NCBI GenBank assembly: GCA_946965045.2
Contig: OX337239.1
Location: 1,178,001-1,242,000 of the forward strand
Source: Epithemia pelagica
Taxonomy: Eukaryota > Protista > Bacillariophyta
Direction: 5' to 3'
DNA: 64,000 bases
Position numbers and translations under genes: made by a program. The notes under the pieces were generated by a model. The model was given only the letters and a program-made list of their open reading frames with translations, had not been told where the DNA came from and did no database searches. This document shows, in pieces, positions 54,321 to 64,000 of this stretch (position 1 is its first letter; every line of letters begins with the position of its first letter).

Positions 54321-55585
54321 ATGATGTTTCAAAGATCTGCTCTCCTTGCATCCTTGTCGCTCGTTACAGGAGCGTCTGCCGTGTGCAATGTAGACGATCA
54401 TCATCCCGAAAATGGAGGCTACTTTTACGTTGGCGCTGCCGGAGTCAGTTCCGACATCAACTTGGACTCTGCTCACGGACAGAAGCTTCCAAATAACACT
54501 TGGGCCGTAGGAATGTAAGTTTCTTGTCGAGCCGAACACTTCTTTTGATTGAGATTGATCAAAGCCCTTTTAACTCATCCACTGGATTGCTCATGCGCAC
54601 TCTCATTCGATTCAGCGAATATCCCTACGGCCAACCCCGTGTAACGTCAAGAGCTCCCTGTGATCAAGCACCGGGTTGTCCATTTGTCTTGAGCTCCTAC
54701 ACGTGCTCCATTCTTCGCTTTTGTCCTCCCGATGGGGCCACCGCCGCTGATGCACAAGAAGTCTTCCTCATGCAGAACGAAGCCGCCATGAATACCTGTA
54801 ACTTTGCCTCGGCGACCTCGATTGGCCGTACTCTCGAAGTGGGTTCTCTCATCAACGGATGTGTCGAATACGTCTTTGAAGAAGACCACGAGCAAACCAT
54901 GTACTACTTTTCCAGTCCAGAGGGTTGCCAACAAGGTCAAAAACTAGCGGTTGATGTGGATGATTTTACCGAAACTGCGGACCAATGCGCAGCCATTGGC
55001 AACAATTCTCCGCGCATCCGCAACTGCGACTGTCGCTTTGATATCAAGGAGTCAGTCCTGGGAGAGCCATGCCGTACAGCCTTTAGCGACCAGTGTGAAG
55101 CCATGACAATCAAGGAAGGCAACTGTTGCGCTACAGGCACTTGTCTCTCCCGCTTCGAAAGCTTTAGCGATCCCATTGGAAGAGCTGCTGAACTTGAACG
55201 GCGATCCGAGTGCGACGACGCTGTTCCTGGTCTCTGCTACAATGAAGATGGACAGGGAACGGATACGAACCGTCAAGGATCCACCAACTGCTGTACTCAA
55301 ACTTGCACTGCCTGTGGAATTGAAGAAAATCCTTTTGCGCAATGGAAGACTTGTACCTCCGGCGACGTGGAAAGCTCCACGGCCAACTGTGGCTTCTTGT
55401 CGCGCTATGACGACGAAGCGTTTGTGTGCGACTTTTCTCTCTGTAAGGAGGGAGATCATTGGCATCCGGATGGCGAAGCGTTCAAGCAGTTCTTCGGTGA
55501 TCGACCGTCTGGAGCGGGATTGCAACAAAGTGGATTTGCCCTCATGCTCATTTTTGCATCTCTCGTTTCGCTCCGTCTTGTGTGA
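54321..55585 (+). CDS. Secreted/GPI-type Cys-rich protein with a phytocyanin (cupredoxin)-like domain, 2 exons
   Basis: Signal peptide; intron 54515-54615 joins in frame; EVFLMQNEAAMNTCNF...YYFSSPEGCQQGQKLAVDV; Cys-rich C-terminal half; hydrophobic tail. Confidence 0.72.
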
Positions 55586-56418
55586 GAAATATCAATCCTG
55601 TGCTGGACCAAAAGTTATGTCGTCTTTGTCGATCATTTTCACATAAGAGATATGTAGTACCACTAAGTAGTTGATACCAAGTTTTCATTCACACAGCCTT
55701 CAAAGACTGACGGTTCGACTGTTCCTTCCCATCATCCCTTGCGACTGTACATGAGTGTTGTCGAGTGCATGAGCTTGAAACTGTGCGCGTTCCACGTGCA
55801 CCATCATGTTCCCAGTCTTTTGTCAGGTTCTCTCTTTTTAGCGTGCATTGGATATCGTCTTCCTCCTTCACTATTGATCTGTTCCGGGGTTGCTTCCGTG
55901 CGTTGCATTGCAAACCGGGCAAACGTCAAAGTCGTACTACAGCCAGGTGTTGGGTCGATGATCCACGGAATTGTTTGGAGAGAGAACTATATACGCGTTC
56001 GTTTCACAACGAGATTCTTCATCTTGTTCACCAACACAGACTACCGCAAACCATGCCCTCCCATGTTCATGACATTCTCCAGATTGCTTACTATGCATCA
56101 TGGGACAATCATCACATTGTTGTGGATCACAAATCATACTGTAAGCGGTTGTCGGCACACAATCGAAACGTGAAATCTATCCGTGTCTTTCCAAACACAA
56201 GCTTTTGCTTGATGAATCATTGGTCCGTTCTTCCAACTCAAACTGTGTTGGTCCGTCTCGATCGGTGGAGATAGATGGTGTTTCTTTCCGGCACAACAAC
56301 TGTTTCGTACGGAGTCTTGTCCGAGGACTGGGTGGACGAGAGAGGTCAGCGTTGCATATCGTAGTTTCCCGTTCCTAGGTAGTACAGTCCCCGTTCCAAC
56401 AACGAGAAGGACTCCTAC

Positions 56419-57819
56419 CTACTCCCAATGCTGGGAAAGGGACTCCGCATGAACCTGTCCCAGAACAAGTTGTCCCGAGACGGCATCCTGCCACAGCAAC
56501 CAGGCTTGCGTGTCCGTCACAGTATCATTCTCATTTTCTTTCTTGGTTTCGTTTGTCTCTTGGTCGTGCGCTGTGGCATCTAGGTGTTCCCCTTTGGGGA
56601 AGGGTCGTCGCCGCCATATCGAGCGATGCTTGTGCTTGTCCTGGCCTGGTTCATTGGGAACCTTGTTGTTGTTGTTGTTTCCCAAGGCGTCCTCTTGTTC
56701 GGTTGTTGAAGCGGCATCTTGGAAGGACGATTCGGCGGCCTCATGAAGAATGAAACGCCAGGCTTGACCAATGGCCTGCAGAGCTTGCGACGGTGACAGG
56801 GTATTACCGTGTGAATCGTCGTCCTTGTCATCCGTAGTTTCATTCTCGTCCTTGTCTTGGTCGTCGTGGGGTTCTTCGAGTCGTATGAGGGACTGGGCCA
56901 AGGCGCGACGAAGGGGAGCTGCCATTCTACCCACGACGGCCAATCCTCCATTCCACGACCACGTCGTGCCCGAAGGATCCAAGGTATACAATCGCCAGCA
57001 TGCGGGCGGTTCCGACAAGGAACAAGAAGACCATGATGGTGGGTGCCATCCCACCACCAAGGTTTGAACTGCCAAGGGACGAGTGGTTCGATCCAAATAC
57101 TTTCGGGACACGCGTCCCAATCGTTCGACCAACTGCGACGTTCGCAAGTCGAACATTCCGTTCGTTTCGGTGGAGTCCTTGTCATTGGGATTGTCCTTGT
57201 ATGGGGGATAGAGGTAGTCGTGCACTTGAATCCAATGGGCACACTGTCGTTGCAAATAGTCGACATCGGGTCGAAAACCCATCATGGCACACACCACCGT
57301 CGGCGACAAGACGTTCCACGCCGCTCTGCTGGGAGTTGTAGTGGTGGTGGAACCCAAACCACCACCACCACCATTCGTCATCATGGTCGTCATGGGAAAA
57401 CTGTCTTGAATCTGCAATCCTCCCTGCGTCGTCGTCTTGGTCGCCGGTCCATTCGCAGAGTGGCGGTTCCTTGAGGTGGGACGTTGTGGTTGGGTGGGAG
57501 AGTGCGAAACCAGCAACACGGCCGGTTGGTGTGACGACGAAAAAGGTACCTGACATTCCATGGCAATCAAGGTGGATCCTTGTCCCAAGGATGCAATATA
57601 AGATGGTAACCAATTGGCATGCGGAGTTCTTATTGTTGGAGTAGCAACTATCGACGGAGAACTATCGGTTGCCGAGGCCGTCGTCCGGAAAAACCCAACA
57701 AGTAGCAGCAGCAGCATCCCGAAACGTTGCGGAATCCCTAGAATCAATCCAAACTGTCGGTTCCAGTTCCATCCTCCTCCTTCTTGTGGACAACGTTTGT
57801 GGTCCTGTCGTCGTCCCAT
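56419..57819 (-). CDS. Divergent 20S proteasome alpha-like (Ntn-hydrolase fold) protein with hydrophobic N-terminal signal (start 57819 or 57717)
   Basis: GQGSTLIAMEC, VLSPTVVCAMMGFRPDVDYL, TRPLAVQTLVVGW, LYTLDPSGTTWSW...AVVGR. MLLLLLVGFFRTTASA signal-like segment from 57717. Confidence 0.7.
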   Translation of the reverse strand: MGRRQDHKRCPQEGGGWNWNRQFGLILGIPQRFGMLLLLLVGFFRTTASATDSSPSIVATPTIRTPHANWLPSYIASLGQGSTLIAMECQVPFSSSHQPAVLLVSHSPTQPQRPTSRNRHSANGPATKTTTQGGLQIQDSFPMTTMMTNGGGGGLGSTTTTTPSRAAWNVLSPTVVCAMMGFRPDVDYLQRQCAHWIQVHDYLYPPYKDNPNDKDSTETNGMFDLRTSQLVERLGRVSRKYLDRTTRPLAVQTLVVGWHPPSWSSCSLSEPPACWRLYTLDPSGTTWSWNGGLAVVGRMAAPLRRALAQSLIRLEEPHDDQDKDENETTDDKDDDSHGNTLSPSQALQAIGQAWRFILHEAAESSFQDAASTTEQEDALGNNNNNKVPNEPGQDKHKHRSIWRRRPFPKGEHLDATAHDQETNETKKENENDTVTDTQAWLLWQDAVSGQLVLGQVHAESLSQHWE

Positions 57820-58233
57820 GAGGAGAGTCTCGTTTGTTTGTTGTTCTTGTGTGGTGGTTCTGCTGGTACCGTATGGGCTTGCGGTACGGTAAGTTCCTTT
57901 TGACAATCAGTGGCAATCCTGGAATGGTGTTGTGGTGTGACAGATTTTTTTTTCGGGAAGATCTTCTGCGAAGTGGAACCGCCCATGGGTCGCTCTTGAA
58001 CCCGCGAACCCGGGGAGCCCAAGGAGTTTTTGTATTCGGCCCCTACCATTGTCTGGAATCGTCGTTCGCCTTGCCCGCATCGGCACTCTCTCTCGGTTTG
58101 TGGGGGTGTCGGCACAGCGAGACGAGAAACCACCACCAAGACGACCACGACACCACCAGTGTGTTGTTTGGTTGTTGTTCTTACCAAACCAGCCACCAGA
58201 GACGAGGAAAAAGCCTCCACAAACACACAGGCC

Positions 58234-60228
58234 ATGGGCGGCACATCCATTCCAACGACCGTGACACGGACCACAACGACGACAACGACAAGGCCACTCT
58301 GGAGGCACCCTCGTCGGTCCACTGCCAGCCACCACTCGACCAGTCGCAACCACACGAACAAGAACGATGTGGAACAAGGACTGGCCGTCGTCGTCGATGT
58401 GTGGACTCCCACCAAGACCAAGGACATGGCCATTGGTAGTTCCTTCACGAATCCAGACCACCACAACCACAAAAATGACGACAACAACGACAACGACAAG
58501 ACGACTCCCAACAAGGACCATTTTCCTCCCAACACGACGTTCGTATCATCCCCACAAAACACACAAGTCTCCTCCAACCACGATTCTACAACGACTGGCC
58601 CCAAAAAGGGAACCGCTGTCGTTGCGGTGCCCCGTCATGTTTATGTGGTATTGTGTGGTTCCACCATTTCCTTATCGGCCATTGGTCCCCTGTTGGAATT
58701 GCAACAGACAGTCGTTTCGCCACTCTTGCAAGTCGTATGGCGCATGACGGCCACGGCCATGGTCTTGACACCATTTGTCGTGACGCAGTGGATGTACCAA
58801 AGCTGGGACCGGCAGTCTTGTTGGTTTCACCAAGGGTCGTGGTCCTTGTCGTCCTTCGTATCATCCTTCTTCTTCTTGTTGCCCAAACGAGCCCGACGCA
58901 CTAGGACCATCACCAGGAATCCTAGTAGTTCCGAACGCAGGCCTCCCACTCGGACCGTGTCACGGTCGTCGACTTTTGCTTCTTCTTCTTCTTCTTGTTC
59001 ATGGCGGACCTTGGTATCCCAATTGCTGCAAACGGCGGTTTGTTACATGGTCTTGTGTCATGGATTTGTCGTGGCCTTGCAATCCACCAGTGTGGGTACG
59101 GCTGTGACCTTGAGCAATTCGCAATCGCTGTGGTTGCTTCTGGCCAAAGTGGTGTGGATGCGACACGCCGTCTCCCGGGCCGAACTGGTGGGGGCCCTCG
59201 TGGCCTTTTGCGGTGTCCTCGTCTTGTGCAGGGGTAGTGATGGGACATCCTCCTCCACAGTATCATCGTCGTCCTTGTCCTTTCCGTGGTGGCCGCAACA
59301 ACACGACTGGATCCCCCACCCCAATGGTTCCACTCCAGACGACGCACAATCGCCAAACAAGGCAGTGTCATTCTCGACACACGTGCTGGACTCAATGGAC
59401 GATTGGTCCTCCATTCTCTGGTCCACATCGTCCTCTTGGATGGAGGAACCATGGTGGTGGTGGACCCAGGATTCGTATTCCCTGTCTTCCTGGATGGACC
59501 TGGTGGGAACCACGGACACGACTAGTAGTAGTAGTCCCCTGCGAGGCAATCTCTATGCACTGGCCTCGGCCTTGGGAGGTGTGGGATATTTACTCAATGC
59601 CCAAGCCGTTCGACGACACGTGCCTCGTGTCGCCGACTTTTTGTGCAGTCTCATGATCTTGAGCAGTCTTGGTTCCATCCTTGTCTTGTATGGAATGGGA
59701 TGGTGGTCCACAAGCACAAGTACGACCACACCTTCTTTTTTGTCGTCGTCGTCGTCGTCCGTGGTGGTGGTGACGTGGAATACTCATGTGGATCATGGCT
59801 TGTTTGGATGGATGACAGTGGACCGTTGGGATCGATTGCCCTTGGAATTGCTCATGGTCGTGGTGTGCAATGTCTGTGGTGTCATGGGCTATGCCTATTG
59901 TTTGCAGTATTTGGATGCCTTGGTCATTGCCGTGGCCGCCTTGTGTGAACCCGTTGTGGCTCAAGCCCTGTCGTCGTCCTTGTGGACCGCGAGTCATTCG
60001 TCCATGTCCATGTTGTCCTTGTCGTCGTCGTGGGATCCCTGGATCTGGCTGGGCAATGCCATGGTCCTGGTGGGAACCTACATCACCTTGGTCACCGCAT
60101 CGTCGTCATCCTCCTCATCGTCGTCCTTGGCACAACAACACACGAGCAAGACGACGACGACAACAACAACAAGACCCCCCACCACCACAACCACACCAAC
60201 GACGACCAGCACCACCATCACCCTGTGA
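58234..60228 (+). CDS. EamA/DMT-superfamily transporter with Ser/Thr-rich insertions
   Basis: About 10 hydrophobic helices in two repeats; WRMTATAMVL, STSVGTAVTLSNSQSLW, GALVAFCGV, GNLYALASALG, YAYCLQYLDALVIAVAALCEPVVA. Confidence 0.82.
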   Translation: MGGTSIPTTVTRTTTTTTTRPLWRHPRRSTASHHSTSRNHTNKNDVEQGLAVVVDVWTPTKTKDMAIGSSFTNPDHHNHKNDDNNDNDKTTPNKDHFPPNTTFVSSPQNTQVSSNHDSTTTGPKKGTAVVAVPRHVYVVLCGSTISLSAIGPLLELQQTVVSPLLQVVWRMTATAMVLTPFVVTQWMYQSWDRQSCWFHQGSWSLSSFVSSFFFLLPKRARRTRTITRNPSSSERRPPTRTVSRSSTFASSSSSCSWRTLVSQLLQTAVCYMVLCHGFVVALQSTSVGTAVTLSNSQSLWLLLAKVVWMRHAVSRAELVGALVAFCGVLVLCRGSDGTSSSTVSSSSLSFPWWPQQHDWIPHPNGSTPDDAQSPNKAVSFSTHVLDSMDDWSSILWSTSSSWMEEPWWWWTQDSYSLSSWMDLVGTTDTTSSSSPLRGNLYALASALGGVGYLLNAQAVRRHVPRVADFLCSLMILSSLGSILVLYGMGWWSTSTSTTTPSFLSSSSSSVVVVTWNTHVDHGLFGWMTVDRWDRLPLELLMVVVCNVCGVMGYAYCLQYLDALVIAVAALCEPVVAQALSSSLWTASHSSMSMLSLSSSWDPWIWLGNAMVLVGTYITLVTASSSSSSSSSLAQQHTSKTTTTTTTRPPTTTTTPTTTSTTITL

Positions 60229-61176
60229 CCCATCACCGCGTGGGAACCAATAGATTGATCCACCAACCCAAAAAAACCCAACCACCATTGGGACAAGAGG
60301 ACGACGACCATCCAAACGACTCTCGCAAAAAGCAATGGTCGATTCGTCCAAGAACCAAACAAATTCTCCGACACAAAATGTGTGGGTGGCACACAAGTGT
60401 CATGTCCGAGGCATGCACTCGTTCTAGATCCGTTCGGTTGTCGCCGCCTTGGGATGGAACCCATTGTCGTGGTCCAACGCTTGGCCTGTCTCCTGGGTTC
60501 CAGTGCCTTTTGGAGGGGCAATGCTGCCTTGCATATGTTGGCCCTTGTGTGTACCAACCCACCCTGTCGCGCGCGGCAGAGCTAAAATAGACACTGTTTT
60601 TTCCCTCCTCGCCTCCCAAACCGAGAGACAAGGATATCGATAGAGCTTCTGTACCATTACAAATTGGTGGAATAGAACGGACAAGAACTTGATGATTTGG
60701 AGAAGGGCCGATACTCGATAAAGTGTGGGCCGTTTTGCCGGACCGTTTTTGCAGAGGCGGAAACTGCGCCAAAGAATTCAAGTGTCCAAAGGTCCTCGGC
60801 TTAGAAGACAGCGGTATGAACCAAGGATGCAACTTTGACGTGTGCCACCGAGGTAACCACATGCTACAAGTGGGTGAACTTGATCGCGAAGGAACTATTG
60901 TCTCCTCCCCGGATGTTGTCTTTTCTACAGTTTTGTACAGGACTACAAGGATCATCATGGTCCAAGGTAAATAGTGATCAAATACGCCATTTCAAGTTGA
61001 TACTTGCTCTGCTGTTAGTCATGTGAACAAATGAAAAGTCCTATGATTTCGGAGGAAACAAAAAGTGCATGAAGTAACTCAAAAGATATGGTACATACGC
61101 AATGCTAACTATTCGTACACACAAGACCAGCCACTAGAAAGGTTTCAGGCCACAGTTTTTAACAATGAGCTCGGCT

Positions 61177-63636
61177 TCATCCAGATGCTGACGATATTGT
61201 TGTCCAGGAAGAAGAAACGGAAGACAAATTGCTGTGCGTCAAGGGGACCATCCCATGGTTCCCAATCCCACTTGACAAGATGGAAATCGTCTCTGGGGCA
61301 ACCAGTTCTTCAACTTCTTGGTCTTCATCATCATCATCATCATCGTCGTCGTCGTCTTCCTCTTCTTCATTTTCCATTTCTTTCTTCTCTTTCTCGTCGA
61401 TTTTGTCGTCTTCCTCCTCGTGTGCTGGTAAATGCTCAGCGACACTGGTCTGTTCGAAGTCTGGTCCGTTCCGGTCCGAATGAACGTTACCCAAGGATTC
61501 GCCATTGTTTCGGGAAGAATGTTCATCCCAAGGAATCGAATCAAGAGTATTCGGCAGAGTAGCTGTGCTCTCGTCGCCCTTTTTGTCCGTGGCAGTCAAG
61601 TTGATCGAGGTGACGTCATCCGACACCACCGCAGAACTTGTTGTGCTTTTCTCGTCTTTCTTTTTCTCCATTATCGTCAAGTCGATCGAAGTGGCAGAAC
61701 TTGCTGCTGTGGTCGAACCAGCGGCAGTTGTAGCAGTCGAAGAAGCATCTGATGCTTTATCGATGGATGGAGTTGTTCGAATCATCAAGCTCATGGAGTC
61801 CAAAGCCCTATTCCAGAACAATGTGGACCTGGTGACAAAGTCATCCATGGGTTCGAGCCAGACTTCATCAACAATACTATCCAACAATGGATTGATGGCA
61901 GTGACGGACAAGGAGTCATCATCGTCAGCCGTCGCAACAGTTGTACCATCCAGGGTTTCAAATGAGTTGGAAAAGTCAAATGACAAATTTGTCTCAGACA
62001 TGAAAACACCCTCGTCGTCGTATTCCAATTCATCACTGTTGTTGCTGCTATCTTGGGAGTCCTTTTGGTCTGAGACTGGGACAGAGCGACTCTTAAGGAA
62101 CCTTGACAACCCTTCCGATGATTCATCCTCTGGTCCGTCTTTTTCGACAGACAGCGAGTCGCGATCCTCCGGTGTCAAAACGGCAACTGTCATCAGCCCT
62201 CCATGATCCACCCTCCACAGGTTGGTCCGACAGTCAGGCATTTCAATTCCCGGTGTTGGTCCATTCATCTTTGTCCGGAGAACGGAAACAAGGGGAAATT
62301 GAGACGCTTCCTGATCCTGCTCTTGTCGATCGAATGAATCGCTGCGGTCAAGTATTGCTGCCATCGAACCGAGACACTCAACGCGCAATTGGCGGTCTTC
62401 GAGCAATTCTTGTTCCGAAGGGATGAATGGCATGTAACCACTATTCCGTCGTCCTTCATTGTCTCTCAAACTCCAACGACGTGCGCTGGTCATGTTGTCT
62501 TTCATAAGTTTTCGTGCACTAAGTTTGGCTTTATTGGCGGTGGCAATCCAACGACGTAGCTTGTTTTGCTTCACGTTCTTTGCTTCTGATCCTTTGGAAA
62601 CGGAATCCACTGACCGTTCCTTGTTGTTGTCCATCCGCATCTCCTCCTCCTGGCGAGCAGGACGTCGATTGTCTTTCTGTTTCATCATCTTCTTATCGTC
62701 CAACAATCGTACACTTATTGTCGAATCGTTTGCAGTGTCATACGAAATCGACGAGAATGTCATGGAACGAGCAGGGTTTACAACGTCCAGTTGACTCTTG
62801 TCGTCATCTAACACAGCAGACAAATCCCTGTCTTCGTCACGGTCCTCTGTTGGTACGACGACAATGGGAGGACATTCATTTTCATCCCTCTCCTCGTACT
62901 CCTCCTCCTGGTCCATATCTTGGTCAAGGTCTACCGATGTTTGTGTCAGATCGTCTTGTTCACTGATTTTGGATGTAGCGGGGTGCATGAACTCAATTTC
63001 AATTTCGTCCTCCACCAAGAACGACGCGTTGAAGAGATCCGGCGTAGACTGGATTGTCGTCATTTGGTCGTTGTAGCCGTCATCCTCTTCCATGGACGTC
63101 ACTACGACATTAGGGACCTGGACGACCTCACAGGCTTCTCCGGACATGACAATTTTCACCGACGACGACAACAACAACCCAACGGAGCGAGCATCGTCGC
63201 TGTCGTCTTTATTTTTTTTGTCATGATCAGTCTCAACACCTGACTGGATTGTAATCGCATCCACCATGTCATCAATATCTGCATGTTGACCCGTTGTGTT
63301 TGGGTCCGATCGAGGAGATTCGTGGTCCGATACGGATCTTGTCGATCTCTCGTCTTGCATCGTCATTGATGGTTTGTTGCAAAGAGCCGGTAATTCCTTG
63401 GTACTTTCAAGGAGAATGAGTTCGACACAATCTGCTTCAGCAGAACAAAGAATATGAACCATTGGTTCCTCAACAAGAACCGTATCCTTCTTCTCACTGT
63501 TCATCTCATGGTCGTCTTGTTCTTCACGTCGATAGATCTCGGCTGCATCTACGATGGAAAGGCTCAGGTCCTCACTGGTCATTGCCGACCCAAGAGGAGA
63601 CGAATCACTATTAGTTCCTCTGCTGGCTATTGTCAT
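61177..63636 (-). CDS. Hypothetical acidic low-complexity protein (start uncertain)
   Basis: Open frame of ~820 codons, D/E/S-rich, with no recognisable domain. Confidence 0.65.
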   Translation of the reverse strand: MTIASRGTNSDSSPLGSAMTSEDLSLSIVDAAEIYRREEQDDHEMNSEKKDTVLVEEPMVHILCSAEADCVELILLESTKELPALCNKPSMTMQDERSTRSVSDHESPRSDPNTTGQHADIDDMVDAITIQSGVETDHDKKNKDDSDDARSVGLLLSSSVKIVMSGEACEVVQVPNVVVTSMEEDDGYNDQMTTIQSTPDLFNASFLVEDEIEIEFMHPATSKISEQDDLTQTSVDLDQDMDQEEEYEERDENECPPIVVVPTEDRDEDRDLSAVLDDDKSQLDVVNPARSMTFSSISYDTANDSTISVRLLDDKKMMKQKDNRRPARQEEEMRMDNNKERSVDSVSKGSEAKNVKQNKLRRWIATANKAKLSARKLMKDNMTSARRWSLRDNEGRRNSGYMPFIPSEQELLEDRQLRVECLGSMAAILDRSDSFDRQEQDQEASQFPLVSVLRTKMNGPTPGIEMPDCRTNLWRVDHGGLMTVAVLTPEDRDSLSVEKDGPEDESSEGLSRFLKSRSVPVSDQKDSQDSSNNSDELEYDDEGVFMSETNLSFDFSNSFETLDGTTVATADDDDSLSVTAINPLLDSIVDEVWLEPMDDFVTRSTLFWNRALDSMSLMIRTTPSIDKASDASSTATTAAGSTTAASSATSIDLTIMEKKKDEKSTTSSAVVSDDVTSINLTATDKKGDESTATLPNTLDSIPWDEHSSRNNGESLGNVHSDRNGPDFEQTSVAEHLPAHEEEDDKIDEKEKKEMENEEEEDDDDDDDDDDEDQEVEELVAPETISILSSGIGNHGMVPLTHSNLSSVSSSWTTISSASG

Positions 63637-64000
63637 GAGAGAAGATGGTCCAACCTTTCTTGTATGCGAATACACAATGATGATGTATCGAAATCAACAA
63701 GGACTTTATGACCCAAAGAAACAACACAGTATTGCGGATATCTCACCGACTGAGCTTCTGGGTATGGCGGATGAGGAATCCACAAACTCTCACACAAGCA
63801 CGCACATACACACAACGAGAGTAATTCTGAGCGCCAACGGTGGCTCGACGACAGTGCTTGAGAGGGGCGATACCGTGATGATATGGAGAGAGTTTGTCGC
63901 CCCTCATCACCGAGTGTGCGCACATGAGTCTGTCTGCATTCCAAGACATGGTGGAAGGCTGTTTTTTTGTTCTTTTGTCTGTTGGGAAGGAGCCGCGCAA

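Noticed and set aside
55689-56274. ORFs 55739-56173 and 55765-56274
   Set aside because: Overlapping and motif-free; coding status cannot be supported.

Overview
Eukaryotic nuclear DNA, most likely from a diatom. This is inferred from intron-poor genes with short GT-AG introns, bipartite signal + ASAF-type plastid presequences and a DUF6824-type protein; the species cannot be determined. About 19 host genes are present: a plastid sigma-70 factor that the ORF track misses, CPP1-like, PA2G4/EBP1, fasciclin, MTRR-like diflavin reductase, JMJD4-like, Rab2, CREG-like, a signal-peptide-bearing proteasome-alpha-like protein, an EamA transporter and several hypothetical proteins. There is also a dense set of DNA transposons. 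The key region is 2.6-12.3 kb: two intact-looking piggyBac elements of different families (TTAA duplications, CGCCAT termini) lie head-to-head, and the second is nested in a Tc1/mariner deletion derivative. Each piggyBac carries a second, convergently transcribed ~190-aa gene. The two accessory proteins are ~50% identical over their C-terminal ~88 aa and match the motif of the zinc/guanine-nucleotide-binding P2X7 'ballast' domain. I do not know of such a two-gene piggyBac architecture, and it is the best candidate for an undescribed system. Also present: a Helentron/Helitron2 relic with subterminal inverted repeats (17.2-21.65 kb), an 843-bp TIR element with palindromic subterminal motifs, a 276-bp tandem duplication rich in TGACGT motifs, and recurring 7-bp tandem duplications in intergenic DNA. 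All family assignments come from motifs read by eye; no database search was run.
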